Positions 1 to 7,915 of a stretch of DNA of 14,274 nt are shown piece by piece. Made by a program: the position numbers and the translations under genes. The notes under the pieces are model-generated. The model was given only the letters and a program-made list of their open reading frames with translations. It did no database searches and had not been told where the DNA came from. Source of the DNA: Candidatus Asbonarchaeum danakilense (GTDB taxonomy: Archaea > Nanohalarchaeota > Nanosalinia > Nanosalinales > Nanoanaerosalinaceae); contig JAXINV010000008.1 in assembly GCA_034190465.1 (NCBI GenBank), positions 29,351-43,624 of the forward strand, read 5' to 3'. The stretch's first letter is position 1, and the number at the start of each line of letters is the position of its first letter.

Positions 1-833
1 ATCGTGTCCTCTTCGAGACCCTGGACCAGGCCCGCGTAGATCAGCGTCACACCTGCCTGGCCGTACCATGACTCCTTCCGGTCGAAGTACGGGTCCTCCT
101 TGACCACAACGTCCGCGTACGGCTCGGCACCGCTGCCCGTCGCCACACCGAGATCAGCACGGAGCAGCGGCTGCCTGTCCGAGCCGCTGTCACCCGAGTA
201 CAGCATCGGCTTGTCCGAACCGTTCGTCCGCTGCAGCGCCTCCTCGTACCTGATCGGCTTCTTCGCGTTGCCGCACCCTGTGTCGATACCTGTCTGCGCC
301 CAGTTCTGCAGCGAGCCCAGGACGTGGAGGTCGCTGCCGTTGTCCAGCCCGACACCGTCGGCATCGATGTGGTCGGACTCCTGGTAGAACGTCCTGAGGA
401 ACGTCTGGTCCCCGGCAGACAGGATGATCGGGTGGCCGCCGACGTCAACAAGGTCATTGATAAACTCAGGAAAGCCGTCACGGAAGTCCTCGTCGTAGCC
501 GTCGTCGACCGCCGTCCGCGCCAGGTCCTCAACATCCTCCCGCGTGATATCGTCGTGCTCCATCCGGCGCTCAGCGATGAAGATCGCCAGCTCCTCCGCG
601 TCCGAGTGGCCTTCACCTGCGCAGTAGACACCGTCCATCGGCTCGCGCGGGTCGTCCTCCCCCCGCAGCCGTCGGACCTCGTCGACGAACGCCTCCGTAT
701 CCTCGAAGCCGAGGTCGTCGTAGAAATAATCCTTCCCGATGTCACCGGGATGGACGTTGCCGTCGTGGTCGAACACCGTATAGATCCTGTCGACCTCGAT
801 GTCGAACGTGTCATCGCCAGGATGTGCTGCCAT
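1..833 (-). CDS. HAD-superfamily hydrolase/phosphatase (phosphoserine-phosphatase-like, subfamily IB); 3' end runs off the window
   Basis: Hand translation from ATG at 833 gives MAAHPGDDTFDIEVDRIYTVFDHDGNVHPG...PIILSAGD...CGNAKKP...MLYSGDSGSDRQPL..., open to base 1. It contains HAD motif I (FDHDG, DxD), II (ILSAG), III (K) and IV (GDSGSD). Acidic composition; AGGTGG RBS 5 nt upstream. Absent from the ORF track because there is no stop in the window. Confidence 0.85.
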   Translation of the reverse strand, partial: MAAHPGDDTFDIEVDRIYTVFDHDGNVHPGDIGKDYFYDDLGFEDTEAFVDEVRRLRGEDDPREPMDGVYCAGEGHSDAEELAIFIAERRMEHDDITREDVEDLARTAVDDGYDEDFRDGFPEFINDLVDVGGHPIILSAGDQTFLRTFYQESDHIDADGVGLDNGSDLHVLGSLQNWAQTGIDTGCGNAKKPIRYEEALQRTNGSDKPMLYSGDSGSDRQPLLRADLGVATGSGAEPYADVVVKEDPYFDRKESWYGQAGVTLIYAGLVQGLEEDT

Positions 834-870
834 GGGAGCCACCTGTTATGACCGAAGTGTGATAACTCTG

Positions 871-878
871 CTTATAAG
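871..878 (-). promoter_or_regulatory. Putative TATA box (CTTATAAG) for the HAD gene
   Basis: AT-rich TTATAA about 40 nt upstream of the ATG at 833 in a GC-rich context. Confidence 0.5.
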
Positions 879-915
879 GGTTGGGGTCCGGCAGAGAACA
901 ACCACCAGCAGGGTA

Positions 916-2115
916 TCACACCCCGCCGGCAAGGTCCCTGATCCGGTCACGGCCCAGGTAGCCGCCAACGGCGACGACCAGCACAGCGCCAGCGAGCAGG
1001 GGGACAGGCAGCCCGCCGCCCGTGCCCGGCTGCAGCGGGACCTCGACCGTCGCCGTCTCCGTGTACGTCGTCGTGTCCTGCACACCGCGGATCTCGACGT
1101 CCAGCAGGTAGTCCTTGATCGCCGCCCCCTGCTCCGCCGTGACCTCGAACACCGCCGTGCCGGTCATGCCTGGTTCCAGCGTGCCGACGTACTGCGAGGC
1201 CGATGCGTAGCTGAACGGCATGTCGCTGCTGTCAAGCACCCGGACACGGGTCGCCGTCGCCTGCTCGTTGCCCACGTTCTTCACCGTCACGCGGAGCGGG
1301 CCCGTCTGCCCGGCGGTCAGGTTGCTCGACACATCGACCACACGGAACTGCGGCCGGCCCGCGATGTATGTCTGGAACGACGTCGCCTCCCGGTGCTGCG
1401 TGTCGTCCGACCAGTACAGCGACGCATCGACCGTCGCCATACCTTTCGTCGCGTTCGGCAGGATATCGACCGTGAACGACGCCCGCTTTACCTCACCGGG
1501 CTGGATCGTGCCCAGCGCCTCGCGGGTCGTGAAGCTGGACGTCGCACGGAAGGACGACGGCAGTTCCAGCTGCAGGACGACGTTATCGGCCGCCTCCTCA
1601 CCGTTGTTGACCGCCTCGACGGTTATCGTGGCGTCCTCCATGTCTGCCGTCAGCGTCGACGGCGCGGTGGACAGCCCGGCCAGGTTCAGCTCAACGTCCT
1701 GGCTCTGGACCTCGACCGGAATCGTCTGCCGGAACGTGACATCGCCCTGCGAGACCTTGACGACGAAATCGTTGCTGCCGTCCGGCGCGTTGTCAGCCAC
1801 CAGCACCTCCGTCGAGATGTAGTACGGCTGGCCCGGCGCCACCTGGCCGAGGTGGTAGGTGCGCTGCCGGTCAGGCTTCAGCGTGAACGGGAAGCTGTCC
1901 ACGATCGTGACCGTTACGTTGTCAGCGATGGCGTTGCCAGTGTTGCGGACCTTAAACGATATGTCCGCATCCTCCCCGGCCTGGACCGGGACAGGGTCCG
2001 TCGTGATGAGTGTTGTATCGAGGTTTGTCGTTGGTCCTGTTGCCGCGCCGGCCGCTCCTGCAAGGAGCAGCACCAGCGCCACCGTCGTGAATGCTTTCAT
2101 GTGCATAGTATTCAC
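916..2115 (-). CDS. COG1361 S-layer-family / Ig-like repeat surface protein with signal peptide and C-terminal membrane anchor
   Basis: N-terminal signal peptide (MKAFTTVALVLLLAGAAGA). Three beta-rich repeats with VxNxG motifs (VRNTGN, AVNNGE, VKNVGN) and LGxIxPG-type motifs (LGQVAPG, LGTIQPG, VGTLEPG). C-terminal TM helix followed by basic residues. The GTG start overlaps the upstream TGA; the true start could be ATG 2106 or 2100. Confidence 0.8.
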   Translation of the reverse strand: MNTMHMKAFTTVALVLLLAGAAGAATGPTTNLDTTLITTDPVPVQAGEDADISFKVRNTGNAIADNVTVTIVDSFPFTLKPDRQRTYHLGQVAPGQPYYISTEVLVADNAPDGSNDFVVKVSQGDVTFRQTIPVEVQSQDVELNLAGLSTAPSTLTADMEDATITVEAVNNGEEAADNVVLQLELPSSFRATSSFTTREALGTIQPGEVKRASFTVDILPNATKGMATVDASLYWSDDTQHREATSFQTYIAGRPQFRVVDVSSNLTAGQTGPLRVTVKNVGNEQATATRVRVLDSSDMPFSYASASQYVGTLEPGMTGTAVFEVTAEQGAAIKDYLLDVEIRGVQDTTTYTETATVEVPLQPGTGGGLPVPLLAGAVLVVAVGGYLGRDRIRDLAGGV

Positions 2116-3266
2116 CCATTCGTGATCGCCGAGAGCGTGAAGCCCTGTGCCTCATCTCCCGTGAAGTATCTATCATACAGCACCATGGCGGCCGGTATCA
2201 CCGTCAGCGCCGCCAGGTACGCCATCGTCGTCGTCAACGTCAGCAGGATTCCGAGCGAGGACAGGAACGTCACCCGCCCCACACTGAGCGAGAGGAAACC
2301 GATATTGGCCGCGATCAGCCCGACAGTCATCGGCGTGATGACCCCCTGCAGCGTCTCCGCCAGCGCCTGCTGAATCTCATGCTGTTCCCGTTCCTCGATG
2401 TACCGGGCGATCGGCTGGATCCCGAAGTCGATCGCCACACCGATCCCCATCGACAGCGCCCCCGACGTCGCCGGGCTCATGTTCATCCCCAGCCAGCCGA
2501 AGATGCCGAACCCGGTCGTGATGCCGAACACCAGCGTCAGCAGCGATGTCAGCCCGTAGAACAGCGACCGGAACAGCAGCACAACCACCAGCATCACACC
2601 GAGCAGCGCCGCCGTGCCGGTCACCCCCATCGTGCGCTGGGTCTGCCGCTGGAACGCCTGGTCGATGTACGGCTGGCCCGTGTAGCCGACCTCCAGCCCT
2701 GCCGGCCGGTCGTGGGCCGTCACCGTCTGACTGATCAGGTCCGCCATCTGCAGCTGCTCCTCAGGTGTCAGGCCGGTCGTCGTCGCGCGGATCAGGGCGG
2801 CACGGTAGTCCGGCGAGATGTACTGCTGCCACCGCCCCGCAGGCAGCTCAGCAAGCGCCTGCTGGACCTGGCGGGTGCTGGACGGGATGTCGTCGAACAG
2901 GTCGGTCGGCGACGAGACAGCTGTCACCGCATCATAGGCCGCCAGGTCGTCCGCCACCGCGTCCATGAACCTGAGCGCCCGAGGATCCCGGATGTCGCGC
3001 ACCTCCGTCGAGTTCGGGACCGAGGGCGCGACCCGGACAAGTATCGTGTACGTCGTGCCCGCCGTCGTGTCGAACTCCGCGTTGATCGTGTTGAACGCCT
3101 GCATCGCCGGCACCGAATTCGGCAGCAGATCCTCCTGACTCTGCTGCACCGTCTCCACCTTTGAAGCCCCCGATGCAAGGGCGACGGTCACCAGGACGAC
3201 CGCGAGCAACAGCATCCCCGGCCGCCGTGCCAGCAGCCCAGCGTACCGTTCCGTCGGTCGTGTCAT
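2112..3266 (-). CDS. MMPL/RND-family transporter, half-size subunit (1+5 TM)
   Basis: N-terminal TM, extracytoplasmic loop, TGQPYI motif, then 5 TMs with GIGVAIDFGI. Start placed at ATG 3266, which has an ATGA overlap with the upstream stop and a GAGGTGG RBS. Confidence 0.85.
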   Translation of the reverse strand: MTRPTERYAGLLARRPGMLLLAVVLVTVALASGASKVETVQQSQEDLLPNSVPAMQAFNTINAEFDTTAGTTYTILVRVAPSVPNSTEVRDIRDPRALRFMDAVADDLAAYDAVTAVSSPTDLFDDIPSSTRQVQQALAELPAGRWQQYISPDYRAALIRATTTGLTPEEQLQMADLISQTVTAHDRPAGLEVGYTGQPYIDQAFQRQTQRTMGVTGTAALLGVMLVVVLLFRSLFYGLTSLLTLVFGITTGFGIFGWLGMNMSPATSGALSMGIGVAIDFGIQPIARYIEEREQHEIQQALAETLQGVITPMTVGLIAANIGFLSLSVGRVTFLSSLGILLTLTTTMAYLAALTVIPAAMVLYDRYFTGDEAQGFTLSAITNG

Positions 3267-4351
3267 CCGTCCCACCTCTCATACTTGATGATCAGCGCCG
3301 GCGTCAGGACGAGCGCCGCCGTCAGGGTCAGCCCTTCACCCAGCGCCAGCGTTATGCCCAGGTCCCGCATGAACGAGATCGAGGCCAGCAGCAGCGACAG
3401 GAAACCGACCAGGTCCGTCGTCGAGGATCCGAGGACCGCCTTGCCCGTGTTCGGCACCGCGGTCATGACCCCGTCCTCGACGCCCTGCTCGTCCGTCTCC
3501 TCCATGATCCGCTCCGCGATGAACGAACCGTACTCCACACCCAGACCGAGCAGCATCGACCCGAGCGCGATCGTCGCGATGGTCAACGGGATACCGAGCA
3601 GGCCCATCGCGCCCAGCGTCCAGATCAGCCCGAGGAACAGCGGGGCGAACGTCGCCGGGCCGTAGAAGACGCCGCGGATCCCGACGAGCAGGGCGAGGAT
3701 AAGCACCGAGGCCAGAGCGATGATCCGGACCGTGTCCTGGATGAGGACATCGGACAGCGCGTTCCGCATGACGGGGACCCCTGTCGGGCGGATGCTGACA
3801 CCGGGGTAGACCGGCGCCTCGTCGATGTTCTGTTCGATCAGCCGGGTCGCCTGCCGGACGTTCTGCTCCGTCATCTCCGCGTTCAGCTCGACGAACATCG
3901 TTGTCGCGGTGAAGTCCCGGTTGATGAAGCTTCCCGGTGCGCGCTGCAGCACCGCCTTCACCTGCGCCTTCGACCTCGGAGTCGTGTTGAACAACGAGGC
4001 CATGGACGAGACGGAGGCGATCAACGGCTCACGCTGCAGCTCCTGCTCGATGAATTCCATCGTCCGGAGCAGCCGCGGGTCGCGGACGTCCGTGACGAAC
4101 GACGGCTGCTGTGGCCGCTCATTGACCTGGAACAGGATGATGATCGCGTTCGTGTTGCCGAACTGCGCCTCGACCCGGTCCTGCGTCCTGATCGGATCCA
4201 GCGTGTCCGGGAGACTTGCCTGGAAATCAGTCATCAGCTCGATGGACGGGACCCCGACCGCCAGCACCGCTGTCAGCAGGATGCAGGCAGCGATGACGTG
4301 GTCCGTGTGGTCGAGCTGGATCCGGGCAAGGAGTCTGAGCGGTGAACGCAT
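3263..4351 (-). CDS. MMPL/RND-family transporter, half-size subunit (1+5 TM)
   Basis: Same architecture as its neighbour: TGVPV, GLGVEYG and SSTTDLVGFLSL motifs. Start moved from 4396 to ATG 4351 (MRSPL) because the longer frame runs through the TATA box/operator; TATA lies 25-32 nt upstream of 4351. Confidence 0.85.
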   Translation of the reverse strand: MRSPLRLLARIQLDHTDHVIAACILLTAVLAVGVPSIELMTDFQASLPDTLDPIRTQDRVEAQFGNTNAIIILFQVNERPQQPSFVTDVRDPRLLRTMEFIEQELQREPLIASVSSMASLFNTTPRSKAQVKAVLQRAPGSFINRDFTATTMFVELNAEMTEQNVRQATRLIEQNIDEAPVYPGVSIRPTGVPVMRNALSDVLIQDTVRIIALASVLILALLVGIRGVFYGPATFAPLFLGLIWTLGAMGLLGIPLTIATIALGSMLLGLGVEYGSFIAERIMEETDEQGVEDGVMTAVPNTGKAVLGSSTTDLVGFLSLLLASISFMRDLGITLALGEGLTLTAALVLTPALIIKYERWDG

Positions 4352-4375
4352 GCGGGATGTGAGGGACGCCGCAAT

Positions 4376-4383
4376 CTTATAAA
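4376..4383. promoter_or_regulatory. Bidirectional TATA box (CTTATAAA / TTTATAAG) between mmpL and tetR
   Basis: Single AT-rich box 25-32 nt from the mmpL ATG (4351) and 23-30 nt from the tetR ATG (4406). This is the spacing expected for leaderless haloarchaeal transcripts. Confidence 0.65.
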
Positions 4384-4384
4384 C

Positions 4385-4400
4385 CTGAACGAACATTCAG
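4385..4400. promoter_or_regulatory. Putative TetR operator, CTGAAcgaacaTTCAG inverted repeat
   Basis: Imperfect 16-bp palindrome (CTGAA-N6-TTCAG) between the TATA box and the tetR start codon. Confidence 0.6.
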
Positions 4401-4405
4401 TCAGT

Positions 4406-4954
4406 ATGGGTGAGGGAAGCGACACCCGGGACCAGATCATGGACGCCACCTACCGGGCGCTCTGCGAACACGGCTACGCCGACCTGACGATCGAGCGGAT
4501 CGCCGACGAGTTCGAAAAAGGCAAGTCCGTCATCTACTACCACTTCGACGACAAGGACGACCTGATGGTCTCATTCCTCGACCACCTGCACGACAGGATC
4601 AGCAAGGACCTGGAGGGCGTCGACTGCGACTGTCAGCAGTCGCTGGACAATATGCTGGAGATGGCCCTGGGGCTGAACGACGAGGAGACCTGGGCGTTCC
4701 GGACCGCACTGTTCGAGATGCAGTCCGACGCGCCGTACAACGATGCACTTGCCACACGGTTCCAGGACATCCACGACCAGCTTATGGACCTGTTCGCCGA
4801 CATCCTCGACGACCTCGACGTCCAGGACAGCGAACAGGAGGCGGAGATGCTGTTCTACACGATCGAGGGCATCGTCTCCACCCGGATCACCGAGGGCCGG
4901 CAGGACGACATGGAGGCGCTGAAGGACCGGCTCGTGGAGCGGTACGCCCGGTGA
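4406..4954 (+). CDS. TetR/AcrR-family transcriptional regulator
   Basis: N-terminal TetR HTH (TRDQIMDATYRALCEHGYADLTIERIADEFEKGKSVIYYHFDDKDDL); divergent from the MMPL transporter genes. Confidence 0.95.
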   Translation: MGEGSDTRDQIMDATYRALCEHGYADLTIERIADEFEKGKSVIYYHFDDKDDLMVSFLDHLHDRISKDLEGVDCDCQQSLDNMLEMALGLNDEETWAFRTALFEMQSDAPYNDALATRFQDIHDQLMDLFADILDDLDVQDSEQEAEMLFYTIEGIVSTRITEGRQDDMEALKDRLVERYAR

Positions 4955-4972
4955 AATCGCCGCCGACCACAG

Positions 4973-5001
4973 CTTTTTATTTTGTCACTTCCAAGTTACA
5001 A
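4973..5001 (+). promoter_or_regulatory. TATA box (TTTTTATT) followed by a 20-bp inverted repeat TTGTcACTT-CC-AAGTtACAA (putative operator)
   Basis: T-rich box at 4974-4981, about 25-30 nt before ATG 5004; it may double as the tetR terminator. Palindrome at 4982-5001 with 8 of 9 arm positions pairing. Confidence 0.55.
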
Positions 5002-5003
5002 CC

Positions 5004-5822
5004 ATGGACGCGAACCCGTACCTCCAGCAGCCGGGGCCGCACTGCGCCGCGCAGCAGACCGTCTCACAGGTGCACTACGCGCCGCGGGACGACCACGTCG
5101 ACGAAAAGCTACGGGCCGCGGACTACGTCCTCGACCAGCTCGACGTCGAGACACCGGCGTTCTTCTACGACAGCCTGGCAGAGGTCAAGGTCTCGACCGA
5201 GGCCGGCCCCGACCCCGAGGACTCCACGCTGCTGGAGGAGAAGGACCGCGGACCGTACGACCGGGAGAGCTACGTCGAGAGCCACGCGGTCAAGGCACTG
5301 CTCGGCGACTTCGATGTCCACAGCGGCAACATCCAGGTCGACGCCAGCGGCCGCTTCTACCCGATCGACATCGACGCCACAGGGAAGATGCCCGTCGAGT
5401 ACGTGCACGACAACCTCGATGTCGACGCGCTCAACCGGTACGGCGCGATCAGCCGGGTGCAGGACGCCGCGTTCGAGAACAGACCGCCGCGGATGGGGGA
5501 CGTGACCCGGACGATCGAGGACCTGGCCAGTGACATCGACCTCGAGGAACTGGAACAGCAGTACCGGGAGGACGACAGGATCGCCTACGACCGGGACCGC
5601 ATCGAGGACGACACGCTGGACCACGGCAGGGACCGGCCGGAGCTCACGCAGAACTACATCAACGACCTCAGCCCGGCAGAGACCATCGTCCGCAACATCG
5701 AATTCGTGCGGGACAAGCGGCTCCGTTCCGGCCTGAGCAGGCACGTCCCCCTCCACGAGGCCGACGACATGCTCGACCAGGCGAAGGAACGGCTGGACGA
5801 CCTGGCGGACAACATACTTTAA
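5004..5822 (+). CDS. Hypothetical protein with an atypical kinase core (HipA / PI3-PI4-kinase-like)
   Basis: ALLGDFDVHSGNIQV matches the DxHxxN catalytic loop and FYPIDID matches the metal-binding ID(x) motif. Acidic composition and GAC/GAG codon usage support this frame. Confidence 0.6.
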   Translation: MDANPYLQQPGPHCAAQQTVSQVHYAPRDDHVDEKLRAADYVLDQLDVETPAFFYDSLAEVKVSTEAGPDPEDSTLLEEKDRGPYDRESYVESHAVKALLGDFDVHSGNIQVDASGRFYPIDIDATGKMPVEYVHDNLDVDALNRYGAISRVQDAAFENRPPRMGDVTRTIEDLASDIDLEELEQQYREDDRIAYDRDRIEDDTLDHGRDRPELTQNYINDLSPAETIVRNIEFVRDKRLRSGLSRHVPLHEADDMLDQAKERLDDLADNIL

Positions 5823-5844
5823 GCTCCCTGCCGGAGGGACGACC

Positions 5845-6645
5845 ATGGACCTGAGCCAGGACGAGATCGAGCGGTTCCAGCAGAAGATCTTCGACTTCTA
5901 CGAGGAGAACGGCCGGGACCTGCCGTGGCGGGAGACCACCGACCCGTACAGGATCCTGGTCAGCGAGGTCATGCTCCAGCAGACCCAGGTCACCCGTGTC
6001 GTGCCCAAGTACGAAGCATGGATGGACCGGTGGCCGACCGCGGAGGACCTCGCCGAGGCCGACCTGCAGGAGGTGCTGTCCCTGTGGAAGGGCCTGGGCT
6101 ACAACAACCGGGCGAAGCGGCTGCGGAACGCCGCCCAGAAGATCGTCGAGGAGTACGGGGGCGAGGTGCCGCAGGACCCCGAGGAACTGCAGGAGCTCCC
6201 CGGCGTCGGCCCTTACACGGCACATGCCATCATGATCTTCGCGTTCAACGCCGACGAGGTCACGGTCGACGCGAACATCCGGCGCATCCTGATCCATGAG
6301 TTCGACCTGGACGAGGACACCACCGACGGCGAGCTCCGCGACCTGGCCGAACAGCTGCTGCCGGAAGGACGGAGCCGCGCCTGGCACAACGCCTTGATGG
6401 ACTACGGCGCACTTGAAAAAACCAGTAAGGCTACAGGCGTCTCCCCAAAGACCACCCAATCCAGCTTCGAGGGCTCACGCAGATACTACCGCGGCCAGAT
6501 CCTCGACGAGCTGCTCGAGGGGTCGAAGACCCGCGACGAGCTGGACGACAAGATCGACACCGACGAGGTCAAAGACATCCTTGACGACCTGGAGGACGAG
6601 GGCATGGTCGCGCAGGACGGCGCCGAATACCGGATCGACCAGTGA
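5845..6645 (+). CDS. mutY: A/G-specific adenine DNA glycosylase (short MutY-type HhH-GPD), lacking the [4Fe-4S] motif
   Basis: RDLPWR, DPYRILVSEVMLQQTQV (catalytic Glu), WKGLGYNNRA, LPGVGPYTA (HhH), VDANIRR (catalytic Asp) and ALMDYGA motifs; GGAGG RBS. Confidence 0.9.
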   Translation: MDLSQDEIERFQQKIFDFYEENGRDLPWRETTDPYRILVSEVMLQQTQVTRVVPKYEAWMDRWPTAEDLAEADLQEVLSLWKGLGYNNRAKRLRNAAQKIVEEYGGEVPQDPEELQELPGVGPYTAHAIMIFAFNADEVTVDANIRRILIHEFDLDEDTTDGELRDLAEQLLPEGRSRAWHNALMDYGALEKTSKATGVSPKTTQSSFEGSRRYYRGQILDELLEGSKTRDELDDKIDTDEVKDILDDLEDEGMVAQDGAEYRIDQ

Positions 6646-6724
6646 CCGTGCATCAGTCGGCTCCGCCCATCGCGCTCAGAGGCGGTGAGAAACGTCCTGA
6701 ACGATCCTCCTTTGAGAACCAGCT

Positions 6725-7405
6725 TCACAGGATCTCCACGATCTCATCCTCGTCCCTGTTCGGCCGGTACAGCTTCGCCGGCCGGTGGGACACGTTCTCC
6801 GTCTTCTCGCCCGTGTACTCCACAAGATCCAGCTTCTTCACCTTCTTCCTGAAATTCCGCTTATCGAACTCCCGGTCGAACACCGTCTCATACGTCTCCT
6901 GCAGCTCCGTCAATGTGAACCGGTCCGGCAGGAACGAGAACACCGCCGGCGTGTACTCCAGCTTCCACCGCAGCCGCTTGATCGCGTACTCCGCGATCTC
7001 ATCGTGGTCGAACGCCAGCTCCGGCAGGTCGTAGGCCGAATGCCAGGCAGCCCGGTCATCATCCAGCTCCACCTCCGTATGGTTCACCAGCGCAAAGTAG
7101 CTGACCGTGATGACACGGGTCCGCGGATCCCGGTCCGGGTCGCCGAACGTGTACAGCTGCTCCAGATAGACGTCCGTCACACCCGTCTTGTCCTCCAGGA
7201 CACGGGTCGCCGCCGTCTCCAGCGACTCCTGCATATCGATGAACCCTCCCGGCAGCGCCCACTGGCCCTCGAACGGCTCATGGCCGCGCTCCACCAGCAG
7301 CACCTTCAGATCGTCATCAGTCACCGTGAAGATGATCGTGTCAACCGCCACCGATGGTCGGTCGAACGCCGACGGGTCGTAGTCCTCCGGTACCTCCTCA
7401 GGCAT
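6725..7405 (-). CDS. nrtR: NrtR-family transcriptional regulator (N-terminal Nudix, C-terminal winged HTH)
   Basis: PSVAVD, WALPGGF, YLEQLYTFGDPDRDPRTRVITVSY, LAFDH, FTLTELQETYE, DKRNFRKK and HRPAKLY are hallmark NrtR motifs. Start set to ATG 7405 because the GTG at 7426 lies inside the operator. Confidence 0.93.
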   Translation of the reverse strand: MPEEVPEDYDPSAFDRPSVAVDTIIFTVTDDDLKVLLVERGHEPFEGQWALPGGFIDMQESLETAATRVLEDKTGVTDVYLEQLYTFGDPDRDPRTRVITVSYFALVNHTEVELDDDRAAWHSAYDLPELAFDHDEIAEYAIKRLRWKLEYTPAVFSFLPDRFTLTELQETYETVFDREFDKRNFRKKVKKLDLVEYTGEKTENVSHRPAKLYRPNRDEDEIVEIL

Positions 7406-7408
7406 ACC

Positions 7409-7429
7409 TTCGTGTACGAACGACACGGA
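7409..7429. promoter_or_regulatory. NrtR box upstream of nrtR (autoregulation): TTCGTGT-ACGAACG-ACACGGA
   Basis: 21-bp palindrome with a GT-N7-AC core, between a TTTTTTA box (7436-7430 on minus) and the ATG at 7405. Same arms as the boxes at 12666-12743. Confidence 0.85.
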
Positions 7430-7444
7430 TAAAAAACAGGGCGG

Positions 7445-7915
7445 TCACTCCCACATCGACACGAACCCGTCCGCATACCTGTCCAGCAGCCGTCCACCGA
7501 ACCGGCGGATCGCCGTCACAGCCGAGCCACTCGGCTCATACCGCCTCGCACGGCCGTCCCGCTGCACCAGTACAACATCGTCAGCAGCCAGCGCCCGGAG
7601 ATGCTCCGATACCGACGACAGACTCAGCTCCACGCGTTCCCCGATCCCCGACATCGTCAGCCCTGGCTCACGGTCCACCACATGCAGGAGCAGGCCACGG
7701 CTCTCATGGTTCAGCGCTGCCAGCGCATCATACAGCTCCGTATCCACCTGCGCCGGAAAGATACGTCGATACCCGCGGATCCTCTCCTCGTTTAGCCCAT
7801 CGATCCGTCTAAGGTGGTAGTCCAGCGTATTCACCGAACAACCCACCTCCCGCTGCAGCTCCCGGAAATGGATCCCCGGCCGGCCGTTCACCGCGTCGAT
7901 GATCTGTGCCTTCAT
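7445..7915 (-). CDS. Tandem winged-HTH transcriptional regulator (ArsR-like / COG3398-type)
   Basis: Two wHTH units: PGIHFRELQREVGCSVNTLDYHLRRI and PGLTMSGIGERVELSLSSVSEHLRAL...RDGRARRY. ATGA overlap with the upstream membrane gene. Confidence 0.85.
   Translation of the reverse strand: MKAQIIDAVNGRPGIHFRELQREVGCSVNTLDYHLRRIDGLNEERIRGYRRIFPAQVDTELYDALAALNHESRGLLLHVVDREPGLTMSGIGERVELSLSSVSEHLRALAADDVVLVQRDGRARRYEPSGSAVTAIRRFGGRLLDRYADGFVSMWE

Noticed and set aside
47..814. 255-aa minus-strand ORF from the track
   Set aside because: Arg/Ser/Thr-rich off-frame shadow of the HAD gene, which lies in another frame on the same strand.
845..866. GTTAT-N12-ATAAC inverted repeat before the HAD gene
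   Set aside because: Only 5-bp arms and no second copy; insufficient support.
799..4382. Long plus-strand ORFs (799-2373, 2379-3164, 3161-4345 and others)
   Set aside because: Antisense shadows of the COG1361 and MMPL genes, expected at high GC; Arg-rich with no motifs.
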